Source: Camelus dromedarius (taxonomy: Eukaryota). From it: DNA of 64,000 bases. How positions within the stretch are numbered: the stretch's first letter is position 1; each line of letters starts with the position of its first letter. Location of the stretch: NCBI RefSeq assembly GCF_036321535.1, contig NC_087437.1, forward strand, positions 86,616,001 to 86,680,000, read 5' to 3'. The notes beneath the pieces were generated by a model that had not been told where the DNA came from, made no database searches, and saw only the letters and a list, made by a program, of their open reading frames with translations. Below are positions 41,546 through 55,839 of this stretch, one piece after another. The translations under genes and the position numbers were made by a program.

Positions 41546-44474
41546 TATCTGACAAGTAGTAATAGGTGTTTGTAGGGACTATACTTGGAGGAGGGACTGA
41601 ACTCAAGGCACATGGAGAAGGTTACATTTTTGTTCTCAGGAAATTTTATCACACCTTCAGTTATATTTGGTCACAGACTACATTTAAAATATCTTTCTAT
41701 TTAACCAAACGAGTTGAAAATGGCAAGATTTGAGATTTATTTCTCAAAATATAGAGGCTTTGGTTTTATTTGGTTATCATCTGCCCTCTTCCTCCCCTAA
41801 AAGAGGGGAAAAAAAATAAACCACCACTAACGTGCTTTTAAAGGAATGAATCCTTGTTGAAATATGAAAACAGAGGTCTCACCACCCACCCCCCACCAAA
41901 GGAAAAAGGAATGCTTGCTCTCAGGCCCAGTTGTAAAAATGTGGGATGCTGAGCCCACTAACTTCAGACACATAAAGAATAGGTTTAAGAGGGAAGCCTG
42001 TGACAGGAGATATAGTCTTTCTATAGTTTCAAAGGGAAAAGTGAGCCAATCATTTCAGGGCACTCTCCACACCCAGTCCAAAAGCTATACTGATTTTGCT
42101 TATCAGCAGGGGTACCCAAGAGCAACATCCAGTCGTTTTGACTAACTGTAGTAAAAGATTCTAATGCCACTTGGATGGCAGCCATGGAGAGTGGAGACAC
42201 AGTCAATGCAATGGCAGTTTTGTAATGACTAATTACTGTCCAATGAGTGTGAGAAGAAAGACTTTAGAGCTTACTTTTAAGTTCATCTAGTGATCATCTC
42301 TTGCTTTTCGCAACGTCACTGGACTACCTGGTATGACTTATTGGACCTGGTTTTATAATTTTCCCTTCCTTATTTTCTCTCATTCTAAGTCACTCAACTA
42401 CACACTGAATTTTTTTGGAGGTGGGGGTTACATGCTCTCATGCCTGTGCACACGCATGTTTGTGTGATGAACAAAGCAGGATATAAAAATGTATAAATGA
42501 ATCAAAATAACGTTGAGGTGTGTAAAGGAGTAGAAATTTGGCAATAGTGTCTGGATGTGACATACCTTGATGCCACATGCATGATACCTATAGTTTGGTG
42601 GTTTCCCCTATAATAGTGAAACTATTTTAGAAAAGAGATACTCAGAGTTGCAAACTCTAGAGTGGATGCTATTTTAATCCATAAACAATTCTGTGTTTAT
42701 TGAGATAAGGAGTGAATATTATTACCTGCTGTTCTCATAGGTACATGTTTTGTGTCTTCTTGGCAGAAAGTTTTGTTTTGATTCAGAGTTGGATCTGGTA
42801 TTTTGTTTAGTTTTGTTTTGTTATTGTAGTTGCTTTATGTGACCAATAAGGATTTGTAGCATCAGCTTAGTAGAATTACTTCCTGAGCATTGAGTTGCCA
42901 TAAGAAGCTAGTACTCTGTGTCTGTTTAGGAACAAACAGCACATCTCATTATTTGTGACTATTCCTTTCAACTCATTTCAAATTCTGCCTATGTCTTGCC
43001 AAGTGTTTTAAACATCTAAGTGTTTATTGCTTGGGTTGGTAAAAACACTAGCTTATCTAATATTACTTGTGACACTAATAAATCTTTTATAATAAAGTTG
43101 TGCTCATCCCTTAAATAAAAATAAAATGCAAAGGCCAATAGAAGAGGCACACTATACTATTTTCATTTATTGTCCACTCCTGTTCCTTCTTTCGTGCTTT
43201 CTTATGCTGTACTCTGTTCATGCTTGTTAATTCCTGTCTTCTTCTTTTCTTGTCTTCTGTCCAATATATGTTACATGGAAAGAAATATTTAAAAATGAAT
43301 ACTTTCAAGGTTAAAAAGCAGCTGTTTCAAATCTAATCCTCAAACTCTATTTGAAAAAGAAGTGAGTCTTCTTTAAGAATTGGGGGCATTAGATATCACT
43401 ATTGTACATGTTTTAACTTAAATGCGCAACTATTTAATTATATTTAAAGTTTAGCTCTGTAGTTTTATTTGTACGGTGTACCCAAGCCAGCTCCTCCCGC
43501 AGGTGCTTTGTGACCACTTGGTGGCGATGTTGTAGAGGGGATTCAGTAGTGGGTAGGGGTCGAAAACCTGAGGCCCTTTCCAGTGGGTGGGCTACCATCG
43601 TGATTTACTGAATCACAGCCCTGTGTCTTAATTATTCAGAAGGTCTTATAGCATGAGGATCCGCTCAAATTTCCAACAGGAAAGTGATAAAACATGCTGC
43701 ATATACTTATTTTTATGTAAATAGTCTTCTTACAAAACTACCCAAAGCTAGCAAAATCAAAGCAAAACCTTTTATCTTTTTTCTTCAAAAAACTGTAAAA
43801 ATATCTAAAATCTAAAATACATTTATGAATTAATAATAAAAATCAAAAAACAAAAACAAGAAATAAAAAACCCTTGAGTTCATTTTATTCAATATAAAAA
43901 CATGTAATGGCATACCAAGTAAGTCTGGAACTAATTTACCACTACAGCTTTGTGTTGTTCAATTTTCTCCGTGAATGAAATACCGAGGCCACAGAAAACT
44001 CATTTTTCCTTACAGATTCTATGCTTTTTAACATCTTCATATGTATGTTTATACTATTTTCTTTGCACAGAATACCCTCCCACTCATGACCTTCCTAAAC
44101 TCCTGTGGATCTCTCCTTCAGATAGACATCTCCATTCCTGCCCCTTACTTACTCCTCAACAAAATGTTGCAACTGTATTTTAATTAAATGCATGTGTATC
44201 TGTCTTCTTGATAAAATGTGAGTGATGATTTTCATTCACTTTTTTTTTTAATTTTCATGCTTGCTTTCCTTCCTTCTTTCCTTTTCTTACCCCCTACCTC
44301 CTGCCCACCCTTTTATAAGTAATTGTAACATGGTTATAATAGATCTGACAATGCAGATATGATAAATCCAATATGGTACCTAATCTCATGGTATTTACCA
44401 ACTTATAGGAAATAGGGTCAAGTAAATAAACAGTTATATATATGCCTTGATAGAGGACAACTATCCAGTCCCTA

Positions 44475-44725
44475 AAAATAATGGTGAAAGTTAGAATATA
44501 GCAGTTACTGTGTCACAGATACTTTTATAAGAATTTACATATATTAAATTTTTAATCTTTATCACAATGCATGAAGTCAATTCAATTATTAATGCTTATT
44601 TTACAGATGAGAACTTAGAGGTTTAGCAAGATTAAAATAACTTGTTCTAAGACAAACAGCTGGATTTCAACTCTGGAGCCCTGACTCCAGTGTGCATACT
44701 TTTAATGACTATGTATATTGCCTCT
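44475..44725 (-). mobile_element. MIR SINE
   Basis: 'ttattttacagatgagaacttagaggtttagcaagattaaaataacttgttctaag'. Confidence 0.75.
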
Positions 44726-45264
44726 CATGACAAGTAGCATAGACAAATATAAATGTTGAAATCTTTTTTTTCTCTTTTGTTTTTCTGTCATTGATTTCTA
44801 GTTTCATGGCAAAATGTTGATATCTTGAAAAGTATCTTTTGCACATGTGATAACCAATTCTTAACTAATAAACCATGATCTGATACATTGTTATAAGAAC
44901 TATTATTTTGAAATGTTTCTATTTACACAGCTACTTTTAATCTTTTTATCTGTATTACAGGTACTTAATTTTTTTCTGATTTATGTTTTTATATTTCCAG
45001 TTAAAATGCAAATTTTTAGAAAACATAGATTTCATTAAAATTTCATTTGTCCCTTCTACTTCTGTCATGGTGCTAGACACATACAAAGTTTACTTAGAAT
45101 AAAGAGTTGACCAATAATTGATGTATTTCCAATGAGATTTAAGCTTACTGAACTTTTTTCAAATTCACACTTTATTAAATTGTATTGGTAAAAAATGTAA
45201 ATCAAAATTATCTGTGGAAATTTTTTCATAATACATATAATTGGATTTAATGCCCAGATCTTCC

Positions 45265-45510
45265 TAGGAGGGTGTCATCTTGGATCCAAGCACCTAATTA
45301 AGAAAAACTTGATCTTCCTTCAGGAATTAGGGCATGAGGAACCAGCTAAAGAAAATACTGACTCTTGCTACTGCAATTACTGTGAACCATAATGTTTTTT
45401 GCCTCTGGCCCAGGAGTCTTATGTTTTCTGCCAGAATCCATGAAACTGGCAGGTCAACTTGTTAACTTGCAAGTTGGGTAAATTTCAGATCCTTCATGGT
45501 TATTGACACA
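45265..45510. mobile_element. ERV LTR 3' fragment (MER21-like)
   Basis: 'cctctggcccaggagtcttatgttttctgccagaatccatgaaactg...aatttcagatccttcatggttattgaca'. Confidence 0.45.
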
Positions 45511-46205
45511 CTTTTTTTCTCAAAGATGCTAGCTCATCAGCAAGCAACAAACATTCACATTTGATTAGAATTTTAACAAGACCCAGAACAACATATTGAG
45601 ATTTCATTTGGAGTATAAAGACTGGCTGGTTCACAATCAGTCCACTTTCTAAGTTAGCATTTCCTCAAGGACATCTACCATCCTATTCCATTCAGTCTCT
45701 GACATCCACCGTCATTAGCTTTGGAGTAAGTCTCTTTGACCTGCAGTCCTCTCCTATAGTATTATTATCCAACTCTAGCTTCTCTCCTATCCTTTAGCTT
45801 TGTCCTGTGGACACTGTTTATTATGTTTCTTCTCTCAAGCTGTTCTATCTAGTACCTGAAATTCCACCACAAAAACTTCTAAGTTGTTTGCTTTTTCCTC
45901 ATCTGTTTTTGTTCTTCTCAGGGGGAGGGGCAAGAGAATTTTATAGCATTTATTTTAACTGCTCTATGGAACAGCTACTATTATGCTTTCTCCCTTCCTA
46001 TATTGTCAAATCCTTAAGGATGGTAATGCAGTTTTATTCATTTTAATGCTCTCTGTTCCCCATAGCCTGGCATACTCATTTGGATTTAATGGCTAGTAAA
46101 ACCCTTTTTGAGTGAATGAATTTTAAGTATGTAATTAGTATATATTTATTGCACATTCACCAAATATGTGATATTATTTCAATACAGGCACTTTATTCCT
46201 TAAAA

Positions 46206-46764
46206 ATTTTATTTATTTATTTATTTATATTGATAAACAATTTGAATATAACATTAGTTTTAGGTGTACAACATAATGATTTGACACTTAATTATACTGC
46301 AAAATAATCACCACAATAAGTCTAGTTAACATCCATACCACACAGTTACAAAATTTGTTTTCTTGTGATAAGTGCTTTTAAGATCTATTCTTTTAGAAAC
46401 TTTCAAATATACAATATAGTATTATTAACTATAGTCACCATGCTGTATCTTACAGATCACCATGACTTATTTATTTTATACTGGAAGTTTGTACCTTTTG
46501 AGTCCCTTAACTCATTTCACCCCTGCCTCCCTGCCCTGCCTCTGGCAGCCACCACTTTGTTGTCTGTTCTAAGAGTTTGGTGTTTTTGTTTTTGTTCTTT
46601 TGTTTTGTTTAGATTTCACATAGAAATGATATTATGAGATCACGTGTCTTTCTCTGTCTGACTTACTTCACTTAGCATAATGCCCTCAAGTTTCATCCAT
46701 GTGTTTGCAAATGGTAGGATTTTCTTCCTTTTCCACAACTGAATAATATTCCATTGTGTGCGTG

Positions 46765-46798
<34 letters not shown>

Positions 46799-46800
46799 AT
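46206..46800 (-). mobile_element. L1 3' UTR fragment with terminal (TG)n (46756-46795)
   Basis: 'tttaggtgtacaacataatgatttga', 'tctgacttacttcacttagcataatgccctcaag'. Confidence 0.9.
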
Positions 46801-49800
46801 ATCATAATTTTTTAAATTAAGTAGTTTGTAATTCTATCTGCTGGAAAAGCTCAAATTATGTTCTATAAAAATTATTCCCCACTGCAGAGAACAGTGGCTT
46901 CCAAGAATAACTGATTCCAGGTTCAGGGTTAGAAATATACAAAATAGGAGGTCAAGACAGTTTGGGAGAGGAGGGAAGGGAAGAGTCTTGGATCTGTTGG
47001 TTGAGTTCTGCTAGGACATGAAATTATAAGGAGGTCTTAGAAGTTCTGATTTTGGACTCTAGCTTTGTTTGCAATTTTATATATTTCTTTAATTTCTATA
47101 AAATTTAAAGCATCAAATCTAAGAAGTGTTAAAATACTGGCAGTTATCAAAAGTGTATGAGTCTATGATTTTAAGTAAAGTGACTGACTATATTTAAGAA
47201 AACTCTGAGATAGAACATTGGCACCTGATTAGAGCCCCTGGAATAATCACTCAATAAAAAGGACCATGACAGGTCCAGAGTCACATTTTTGAATAAGTGA
47301 TTTACAAGTAGTAGATCAAATAATTTATTTAGTAAAACTAGTACATCCTCTTTTTCTTTTTCTTTTTCTTTTTTTTTTCATAATTTAAAATTAGTTTGAG
47401 TTGCATTACTTTATTTTGGGTTTGATTAATTAAAATTAAAAATAAGCGTGATAAACTACAAAAATAATCATGTGTTCTCTGGTTTTATATTCTACATTTA
47501 AAATGTGTATTAAAGTTTCTTTAATCCCTACAGCCAATGATTTCGTTTGCCTTTAGTTTTTCTATTTAGACTTCTTTCCAAAGTATTTGTGATCTATTTC
47601 ATGAAAAAGTACTTCCTGACATCTGCCTTGAATTTCCTTTTTCCCCCAGTCCCATTCCTGAACCCTCATCTTGTTATCTTCTTTAAGTGGAAAATAGTCT
47701 GCTTGACATTATTTCTATCATGTTCAGTTCTGTGTATTTCAGTGAAATCTTTCTTAATTATGTTTTTCCCAAGAGAGCACTTAATCTTTTTTAGCCTGTC
47801 TTTATAGATTTTTACCTGTTGGCCGTAGGATAAACCCCATTGCTATTTAAAGCAGCTTTGATAGTTTGAAAATCTTGGGTACTTTATTAAAAGAATCCCA
47901 TTAAAACAATATTCACAAAATATCAAAACTCAGTATTCATGCTTTGCGAGAATTTGTTTCTCTGATAATAAGCAGAACCTTCAAAGAACAAAGTGACTTC
48001 AAATATACTACAGTCACTTGCACGCTTTGATTCCATCTCTTTTCCCCTTTCGTTTATTACCTTTAGTACCTTGAGGGTTCAAAGAGAGTGATGAAACAGT
48101 ATTTTTAAGTGTTCATTTCCCTTTAATGTTTACTTCCTACCCAGCAGAGCAGAAAGATCTAATACCAGGAAAACATGAACATTAAATTAATCTTTCCATT
48201 TAGATTGTTTCTTGTATTTATTAACCTAAGGTCAAAATGATAAAAAGACCAAGTGGGAAAAAAGAGGCATCAGAATAAAATGGGGAACCAATCACTACTT
48301 CCATTTAAATGGACATTTAATATAATAGCTCAAGATTCACAATAGAGAGAAATATAAGAGAGAATATACATTTTGTCAACCAATATGACTCTAACAACCA
48401 ATAATGTGAATTAATGGCCCCAGATAATAAACAGTAAAGAAAAAAGCTCATTTTCACATTGCATAGTACCAAGTATTGTCTATATTAAGACATTCCCAGT
48501 TAAATGGATATCTTAAGTGAACATATTGAAGTAATTTACGGAGTACATAATAGCTGGCAATGTATCAAAGATTATCGGAGACTGTGCTTTATTGTGTAAA
48601 TGGCAGAACAAGTATACTCAAAATATTAATAATCTTCAAGATTTGGGCCCCTACATATTTTAATGAATGCTTGGTCTGAGTAGCTAGTATAATAAGTGTG
48701 TAAGTCGGTGAACTTTCAAAATTGTCTATGTGTCAACAATATCATTAGAAGTTTAATAGAATTTGGAATTCTGGACATATAGTTGAGTAAAGCAATTCTA
48801 AAAACCATCTTGGAGCTTTTGTTTCTTTTCCCAGGAGAATTTACTTCAGCTCAGAATTCTGACCGACTTCAAAGGAGATTTTTGTAGTTATTTTGGATCT
48901 ACAAGTTATATAGGGAAAAAGTAAAACTGGTTTTCAGACAACAGTGAAATAAACCATTCAGTACATGCTTTTCTGTGCAAAGCAATTGTGCTGAATTTCT
49001 AAAACAGTTTCTGAAAACGTACGCATACATAAGCTTCCTTGTTATCTCTTATGTAGGAAAAAAATGAAATGTAAAAGCATGATGGCATGAAGATAATGTT
49101 AAACAGATTTTTGCCTGTTTCCTAAACAATGGTGGGTAAGTCTAATTAGAGGGAGAGTACAATACAAAGTTGTGGATCCTTGGTAGGTCATAAAAGAAGA
49201 AAAACACTACTCCAACTTTGAATGTGTGGGTGCTTAATTTTTTAAAAAGAATATTAATCAACCACTGGTTTGCATTTAATAATATATTTGGTTAATTTGT
49301 TTTAGAGAGTGTAAAAGGTAAAGCAAACTAGTAATTCTGAGCTATATGCATTTTTTCAGTACAGAATATTACACTTTACTAATTTTTCATGTACAGGTTT
49401 GCAGAAACAAAAATGCAGATCAGTCCAGTAGACCTTTATTAAAGATTTACTTGGGTGCTAAGGCATTAAGGGGTGTAAAATCATTCTTTTTCTATTATAA
49501 ATCTAAAATGGTAAGACAAAAATTAAACAGCAAAATAGATCTTTGAGAGGTGTCCATGCTGTATCAAGAAGATAAACCAGAAAAATTATTATGCTGTCAA
49601 ATATTAAGAATGAAAATAAATATAAGTGAACCATGGCCTTTGTTTTCTTGAAGTTGATTACTGTAATAATAACATTTACCCCAATAATACTTTATACTTT
49701 ATCACTCCACCTTTGCCATATTTTTATTTGCTAGTAATTTGCACTTCTTCCATAATCCAAGACCACTAAATAATTTATTGTCCATAATTTAACCCAAAAT

Positions 49801-51384
49801 CTGATACTTTTCAGATTAAGTCTTTTAAAATACAAATTTCCCTTAATATTGAGATAGACAAAAATATTGTTTACAATAAGCTTTCTATACATACTTTAAT
49901 TATGTTTAAGTTGAGCTAAATTAGGGCAGATAGCTATATATTTATTATCTTTTCTAATTGGCAATATAAATTATTTTTTCTACTTGTGTTACTTTTAAAA
50001 AGTCTGAAAAGCAACCTTTTAGCCCTGAAACTTGTTTTGAAAAACAATTAAAAAAACCAGACTGATTTTACTGTTGATTCATAGTTGCCATGCCTTATCC
50101 TCGGAGTAAATTTCTTATTTTCTAGGGAGATAATCTGTCACTTGAAAATTGTTTAGGTCTGTTCCAGCTCAATACATTAAAAATGTGAAATGACCAGTGA
50201 AAAATGGAAAATTCCACTTACTAGATTTTGAATTGCTCTTCTAGGGCTAAATGCCCGAAGTCAGAAGGTCCCTTCTGGACATACCAAACCAAAGTCAGCC
50301 CACAGGCAGGATAAGTCAATATACATGTATCCTTAATTTTACACAGTAACTGGCCAACTAAAAAGATCTTTATATTTTGAGCCAAAGGTATATATTTCTC
50401 TTTCTTCACAGTTAAGATTTCCATGAGTCCTCCTCTACTTCCTGTGGCTTGTAAAGGAGGCAACTTACTTAAAAATGCTCTGGGCTATGACCTTAGAGAC
50501 GAGTCTTTTATTGGTGCATGTGTGTGCATGTGTGTGTGATGCAGGCAAATTGTATTTTTCAGTTTTTTCATTCAAACCAATGACCCATCCTACCTAGTGA
50601 GTATGAAAGAGATAATTCATGTGAATGTTCACTCAACACATAGAAAATGCTATCAAAAGCAGAAAAATAATGTTATATAATGTATTCTAACAAAATCACA
50701 TTGTCAGATTAGCCTTTTTGAGAACATAGCACCCTGGGCCCTTATGCTACAGGTAAAGTGTGAGAGTATTGTAAAAGACACTCATATTTATAATCCAAAT
50801 ATTTCTAAAGAAATCACCATATTTAACCCTAGAAGCCTTTATATTAACAAGGTTGAAAACTGTTCTAATAGTGATTGTGTTTTATTCGTTATTTTAAGGT
50901 TGGCAGATTAGTCAGCAGATCAGTTGCAAATGATGTGGAAAATTTACTGCTTCTTGAATTGTATGTGATACATTAAAAGTCAAATTTAATAAATTGATGG
51001 ATATATTTATTAGATACTTAATTTATTAAATGCTCTCCTTTGTACACACTATCAGAAGTATAGACTGGAAAAATCCATTTTTTAGAAAGCATGTGATTTA
51101 TTAGGGAATAAAAGTTAAATATAAAATTTACTTATTTAAAATTTATTAATAAACAAAGTATAGGAAATTATATTTTACCTTAATTAGACAGATTGTAAAA
51201 GACATATTTCATGAGGAGAATTTCCTTTGGATTATAGTAGTTGATCTGGATTCAGTAGTAAATTCATTACTTTAAAATGTTTTAATTGAATGCCTGCTAT
51301 AATGGTAAGCATTATGCTAAGTCTTATGTTAGATGTTGGGGATAAACGGGTAAATAAGACAGAGATTGTCAAAAACTGAGGATG

Positions 51385-51810
51385 TTCTGTGATGTTACCC
51401 TATTTGCAGACTAATGAATCATCCTGCTACAGTTTCATGGATGATAGGTAGGGGACTCCTGGTCTGGGTCAAAATCTTTACAATTAAGGCACAGCAAGAA
51501 GAAGAAATTTCACTCTGGGGTCAGTTTCTCTTGTTCTCCAAGTCCCACGGAGGTGACATGAAGGGGCCCAGATCAATGCTGCACAGGTAATAAGTTTACA
51601 TCACAGCTTAGGAGCCCTGGGTTTGGGGACCCCAAATCATTTGTTATGGGCAGTAAGCAAATCCTCCTGCCTTATGGTCTGGAAGGAGATGTTTATTATA
51701 CTAGTCAGTAAGCAGTCCTTTCCTCAAGTTTATGGGGAACTTCATATTCCAAGGCTATTTACGGAACAACCATTCTGGAAAAGATAGTCCAGGAAGAAAG
51801 CATCAGGGCC
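51385..51810. mobile_element. ERVL-type LTR fragment
   Basis: 'ccaagtcccacggaggtgacatgaaggggcccaga', 'gaaaagatagtccaggaagaaagc'. Confidence 0.45.
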
Positions 51811-52410
51811 TGTATTAATTTTCTATTGCTGTGTAACAAGTTACCACACATTTAGTGGATTAAAGCATATTTATAGTCTCATAGTTCCTGTAGGTCAGAA
51901 GTCTGGGCATGGTAACAAGGTCCTTTGCTCAAGGTTTCTTTCATAGGCTGAATTCAAGGTGTCAGCCAGATTGAGTTATTTCCTGGAGCTCAGAGTCTTC
52001 TTCCAGGATCAAATGGCAGTTGGTAGAATTTAGGTTCCTGTGGTTGTAAGACTCAGGTCTTCATTTTCTCACTTCTGTCATCTAGCTTCTAGAGGTCAAA
52101 TTCTAGAGGTCCCCCACAGTTGCTTGGCATATTGCCCAAAGACAGATTTTATTTAATACCATGGTGGCTTCCTTTTTAAGGCCATCAGGAGAGTCTCTCT
52201 CTCCAGTCTGCTAAAGTGAAGTCTTATCCATAATCATGGAGTAACTATTTCATTGTCTTTGCCATATAGCATAACCTGAGGGGTTCCATTACTTTTGCCA
52301 TATTTTATTGGTTAGAAGAAAGTTGTTGGTTTTTCTCGCACTCAAGGGGAGGGTATTACATAGGATTGTGACTTATGGGAGGAATAACTTTAGGATGCTT
52401 CTGATCATAA
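51811..52410. mobile_element. MLT1-type MaLR solo LTR
   Basis: 'tgtattaattttctattgctgtgtaacaagttaccacacatttagtggattaaa...gtaggtcagaagtctgggcatgg...ctcaaggggagggtattaca'. Confidence 0.85.
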
Positions 52411-52650
52411 GAAATTCATGGAAGTGAGAGGCCAGTGGGGATTTACATTTTAACAGACATATACTGTGATAAAGGGAAGCTTATAATCTACTGGTCTCTC
52501 TGGTTTATATATGATTATATATATATAAAATCATAAATAAGCATATATAAATTTGGTAATTAAGAATTGTGAAGAAATAAACTGAGTTTGATAGAACAAT
52601 AGAGATACCATTTTAGTGATTTAAGATGTTCTTTGAGAATGGATGAGCTC

Positions 52651-52727
52651 TTTTTAACTTGAAGTATAGTCAGTTTACAATGTTGTGTCAATTTCTGGTG
52701 CACAGCATAATGTTTCAGTCATACATG
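52651..52727 (-). mobile_element. ~75-bp L1 3' tip inserted in L2-like sequence
   Basis: 'ttgaagtatagtcagtttacaatgttgtgtcaatttctggtgcacagcataatgt' is the reverse complement of the 3' end seen at 8990-9050. Confidence 0.88.
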
Positions 52728-52739
52728 GGCTTTAGAGCA

Positions 52740-53800
52740 TGAACTGGGAAAGATTGTGAGTAATTAAAATGGTACATAGAAAAGAGAAAGAAAATGGCAA
52801 GGTTTCTTGGGGGCACTCAGTCAGTGCCCAAGTTATACTGAACTATAACTATTGAAAAGATGAGTACTTGTAATAAGGATAGGGGTGCTACTTGAAACTG
52901 ACAGGCTAAAGAGGTTTGACTTTATGGTCCAGGTAGCAAGAGAGTTAAGGAAGTTGAAATGGAGGAAGGATGGATGATTAACAGAATGATATTTAAATAT
53001 TTAAACATAAGCTCGGTTTTCTAGGACAGTAAGGTATCCAAGCAGAAATATTCAGCAAGAAAGTAATTAGAAATGGTGATGGGAATGCTGAAAGAAAGTA
53101 AAATGTAGATTTGAACACTAGGTATAGAATGTAGATTTCTGATGCCATGGGATTGAGAAACCTACCAAAAGAAGTGTATAGAGAAAAACAGAAAGAGAAG
53201 GAGAGACTGCTGAGGACAGGAGGAAGCTGAGTAAGAAGAATGGATGGTGAAGGTGCTAGGAGGACCAACATTATATAAAACAAGGAAACGAAAGAAATAA
53301 TGTGGATCATCATTTGGAGAATTTGCAGAATCTCTGATTATTTTTCAGAGCATTTTGTGAGTTGAGTAGGGTAGAGTTGGGACTAGAAACAGTTCAAACA
53401 AGGGTAGGCTGAGGAAGTAGAAACAGTAGGAATGGACCACTTTTTCTAGAAATCTGTCAGGGAATAAAGAAATTGTTTGGCAAGTAGGTAGGACTGCTGA
53501 GATCACTGTCATTGTGAAAGGGTGAAAGTGCTTTGGAGAGACACTTATTTAAAATCAAATAAAATGGTGTTCTTTATCAGCTGATTCTTAGAAACCCATA
53601 TAGTAAAGTGAGAATAGAACATAGACTGAATGTAGATTGGAGAGGAGAAGAAACAAATTTTATCGATTTTCATACTTAGGAAGTGGACTTGACAGGATGA
53701 AGTGACAATTTTGATGAGATGGGTAAAGAAGATTTGCAGTTCGTGACTCCGTTTCCTGGTGAGAGTATCTTTCACCTTGAACAATCAGGCTTTGGGTAAA
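52740..53800. mobile_element. Degenerate L2 fragments
   Basis: Purine-rich L2-like text ('tgatgccatgggattgagaaacctaccaa', 'ggaccactttttctagaaat'). Confidence 0.55.
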
Positions 53801-55311
53801 AAGTAATAATTAAACAGTATGTGATACTCTTGTTTAATCCAAGAAAATGTACAGTGGCCTAAACATTTCTACACCACTGTTAAGGAGGAAAACACTTTTT
53901 TCTTTGACAAGAGAAACTGACATGAGCTCAAATTATTTCAGAAATAATTTTTATGAATCTATTATTTTTAATCTAGAAGTTCCACTGGGATGCCAGGGTA
54001 AGAAGAATTTCTGATTGCCTAACAGTGGATTTCTTTCTTTCTTTTTTTTAAACTTCCATAGGATTTAAGATTATAGTCAGAAGTTTTGGGGGCAAGACCA
54101 ACAGCATTTAGTCAATATTAAATCCAGTAAAGATGCTTAGTGTCTCATATAGGTGTGTGTTTAACCTCTTAGATTCTATATTTTGCTACTCAAGAATAAG
54201 CAGGACACAGTAATTCTAGGAAGTAATAAAGTGATATCAGTATGCAACATGCCCAATTCTACCAAGTACTCTAAAATATTAAATTTATCAGTGCTCAGAA
54301 ACTCATTTTAATTTCCTAACTGAATCCAATCTTTGATCTATAGTTTTTACTAAGTCCCATGGACAGGTTCATGCTAATATAAGAAAGAAAGAAATTTATT
54401 TTTAAAGTGCATTTACTATGTATTCAATTGTAGTTTATTGGAGATATCTTAGGAAATATATGATTTGCCTAGTTGGAATTCATTACTAAGCACAATTTGT
54501 CTTGCACTTTTGAGAATTTGCTAATGTGTAGCCTATGGGATATAAATATTTGAAATGAGTTTTTAGTTTACACAGTAGAAAAAAATAAAGGAAATGTTGA
54601 TGGTTTAACTTTACCTGTTAAAAAAAAGTATTGATGCCATATTTTATTGTGTATGTAAATGTATTTGTGTATTTATATTAGTTTATATGTGACTCTGAAA
54701 GTTTTAAAGTAAAATTTATCTTGGATTAAATGTGGTAGTGTTGTCGCAAATTAGAGCAAAGAGGGAGTTGTAATATTGCTTTATATTTGTTTCTGAAGAA
54801 CATCTTCTATTCATTTTCTATAACACATAATTATAACACATGCCCCATAGTTCTTTCAGAATTACAGGAGTATGTTGAAAAGTTCATCTTGAGAAAACAC
54901 ATTGTTCTGGTTTCAAGTATCTATCATTACTATGCAGCCTTATCGTCAGCTGTGTTGTCTTGTCATAATAGCCATTGTTTATGAAGAGAAAATTATTATA
55001 TTCAAAATTTCCAGGTGATCTATAAAATCTTTAAAACTAATTCAAATCAGTAAATGGAAATTCTGCATACAGCTCAGTACAAAAGTTAAAACCATTGTTT
55101 TAGTCTTTTAAAACATATGAAGCTTTGGAAGTTACAAAAATTTATAAAAATTAAATCTACATACACATAGATAGTATTTACATATTTATATTGCTTAAGG
55201 TATGTTTCCTTTAATGAATATGCACTTTGAGTAACTGAAGTGTTTCCTGTTTTGGAAGAAGAAAAAAATCAGTCTTATGATTAGTATTATCTGCTAATTC
55301 TTTGACACATA

Positions 55312-55417
55312 TTATTTTACAAGTGTTTTTGGACAACCTTTAAAGAAGTAATTTAGTCTTTCAGTTATTTTACAAGTGTTTTTGGACAACCTTTAAAGAA
55401 GTAATTTAGTCTTTCAG
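55312..55417. repeat. Perfect 53-bp tandem duplication
   Basis: 55312-55364 is identical to 55365-55417. Confidence 0.97.
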
Positions 55418-55499
55418 TTTCAGCAGAATCAACTAATTCTCATTCTGTGAGTGTTTGGAATGTATTTCCCCTTCACACCTGCAATAAGTACTGCGTGTT

Positions 55500-55725
55500 G
55501 GCTGCAGTTTCAGCTCTGGATTCAGAGTATCCCACTGTCTGTAGCTGTGTAACCTTGGGCAAGTTACTCAACTTCTCTGTGTCTCAAGTGTTTTCATGTT
55601 TACAATATGGTTAATAGCAATAATACCTAGATTGAGGGTCTGTTGTAAGGATTAAATGGCATGTAAAGAGATGAAACTGTTCCCTGGAGTATTTCACATG
55701 TTCAGTACATACCTGATATTATTTT
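55500..55725 (+). mobile_element. MIR SINE
   Basis: 'tagctgtgtaaccttgggcaagttactcaacttctctgtgtctca', 'ttgtaaggattaaatg'. Confidence 0.85.
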
Positions 55726-55839
55726 TGAAATGTTTAAAATACATAAAATGATCAAATGGCTATGAATAAATTATAACAACATATCACCAATTGTCATGTA
55801 TTTACATATCTAATAACATAATTCAAGTTCATTTACCCA

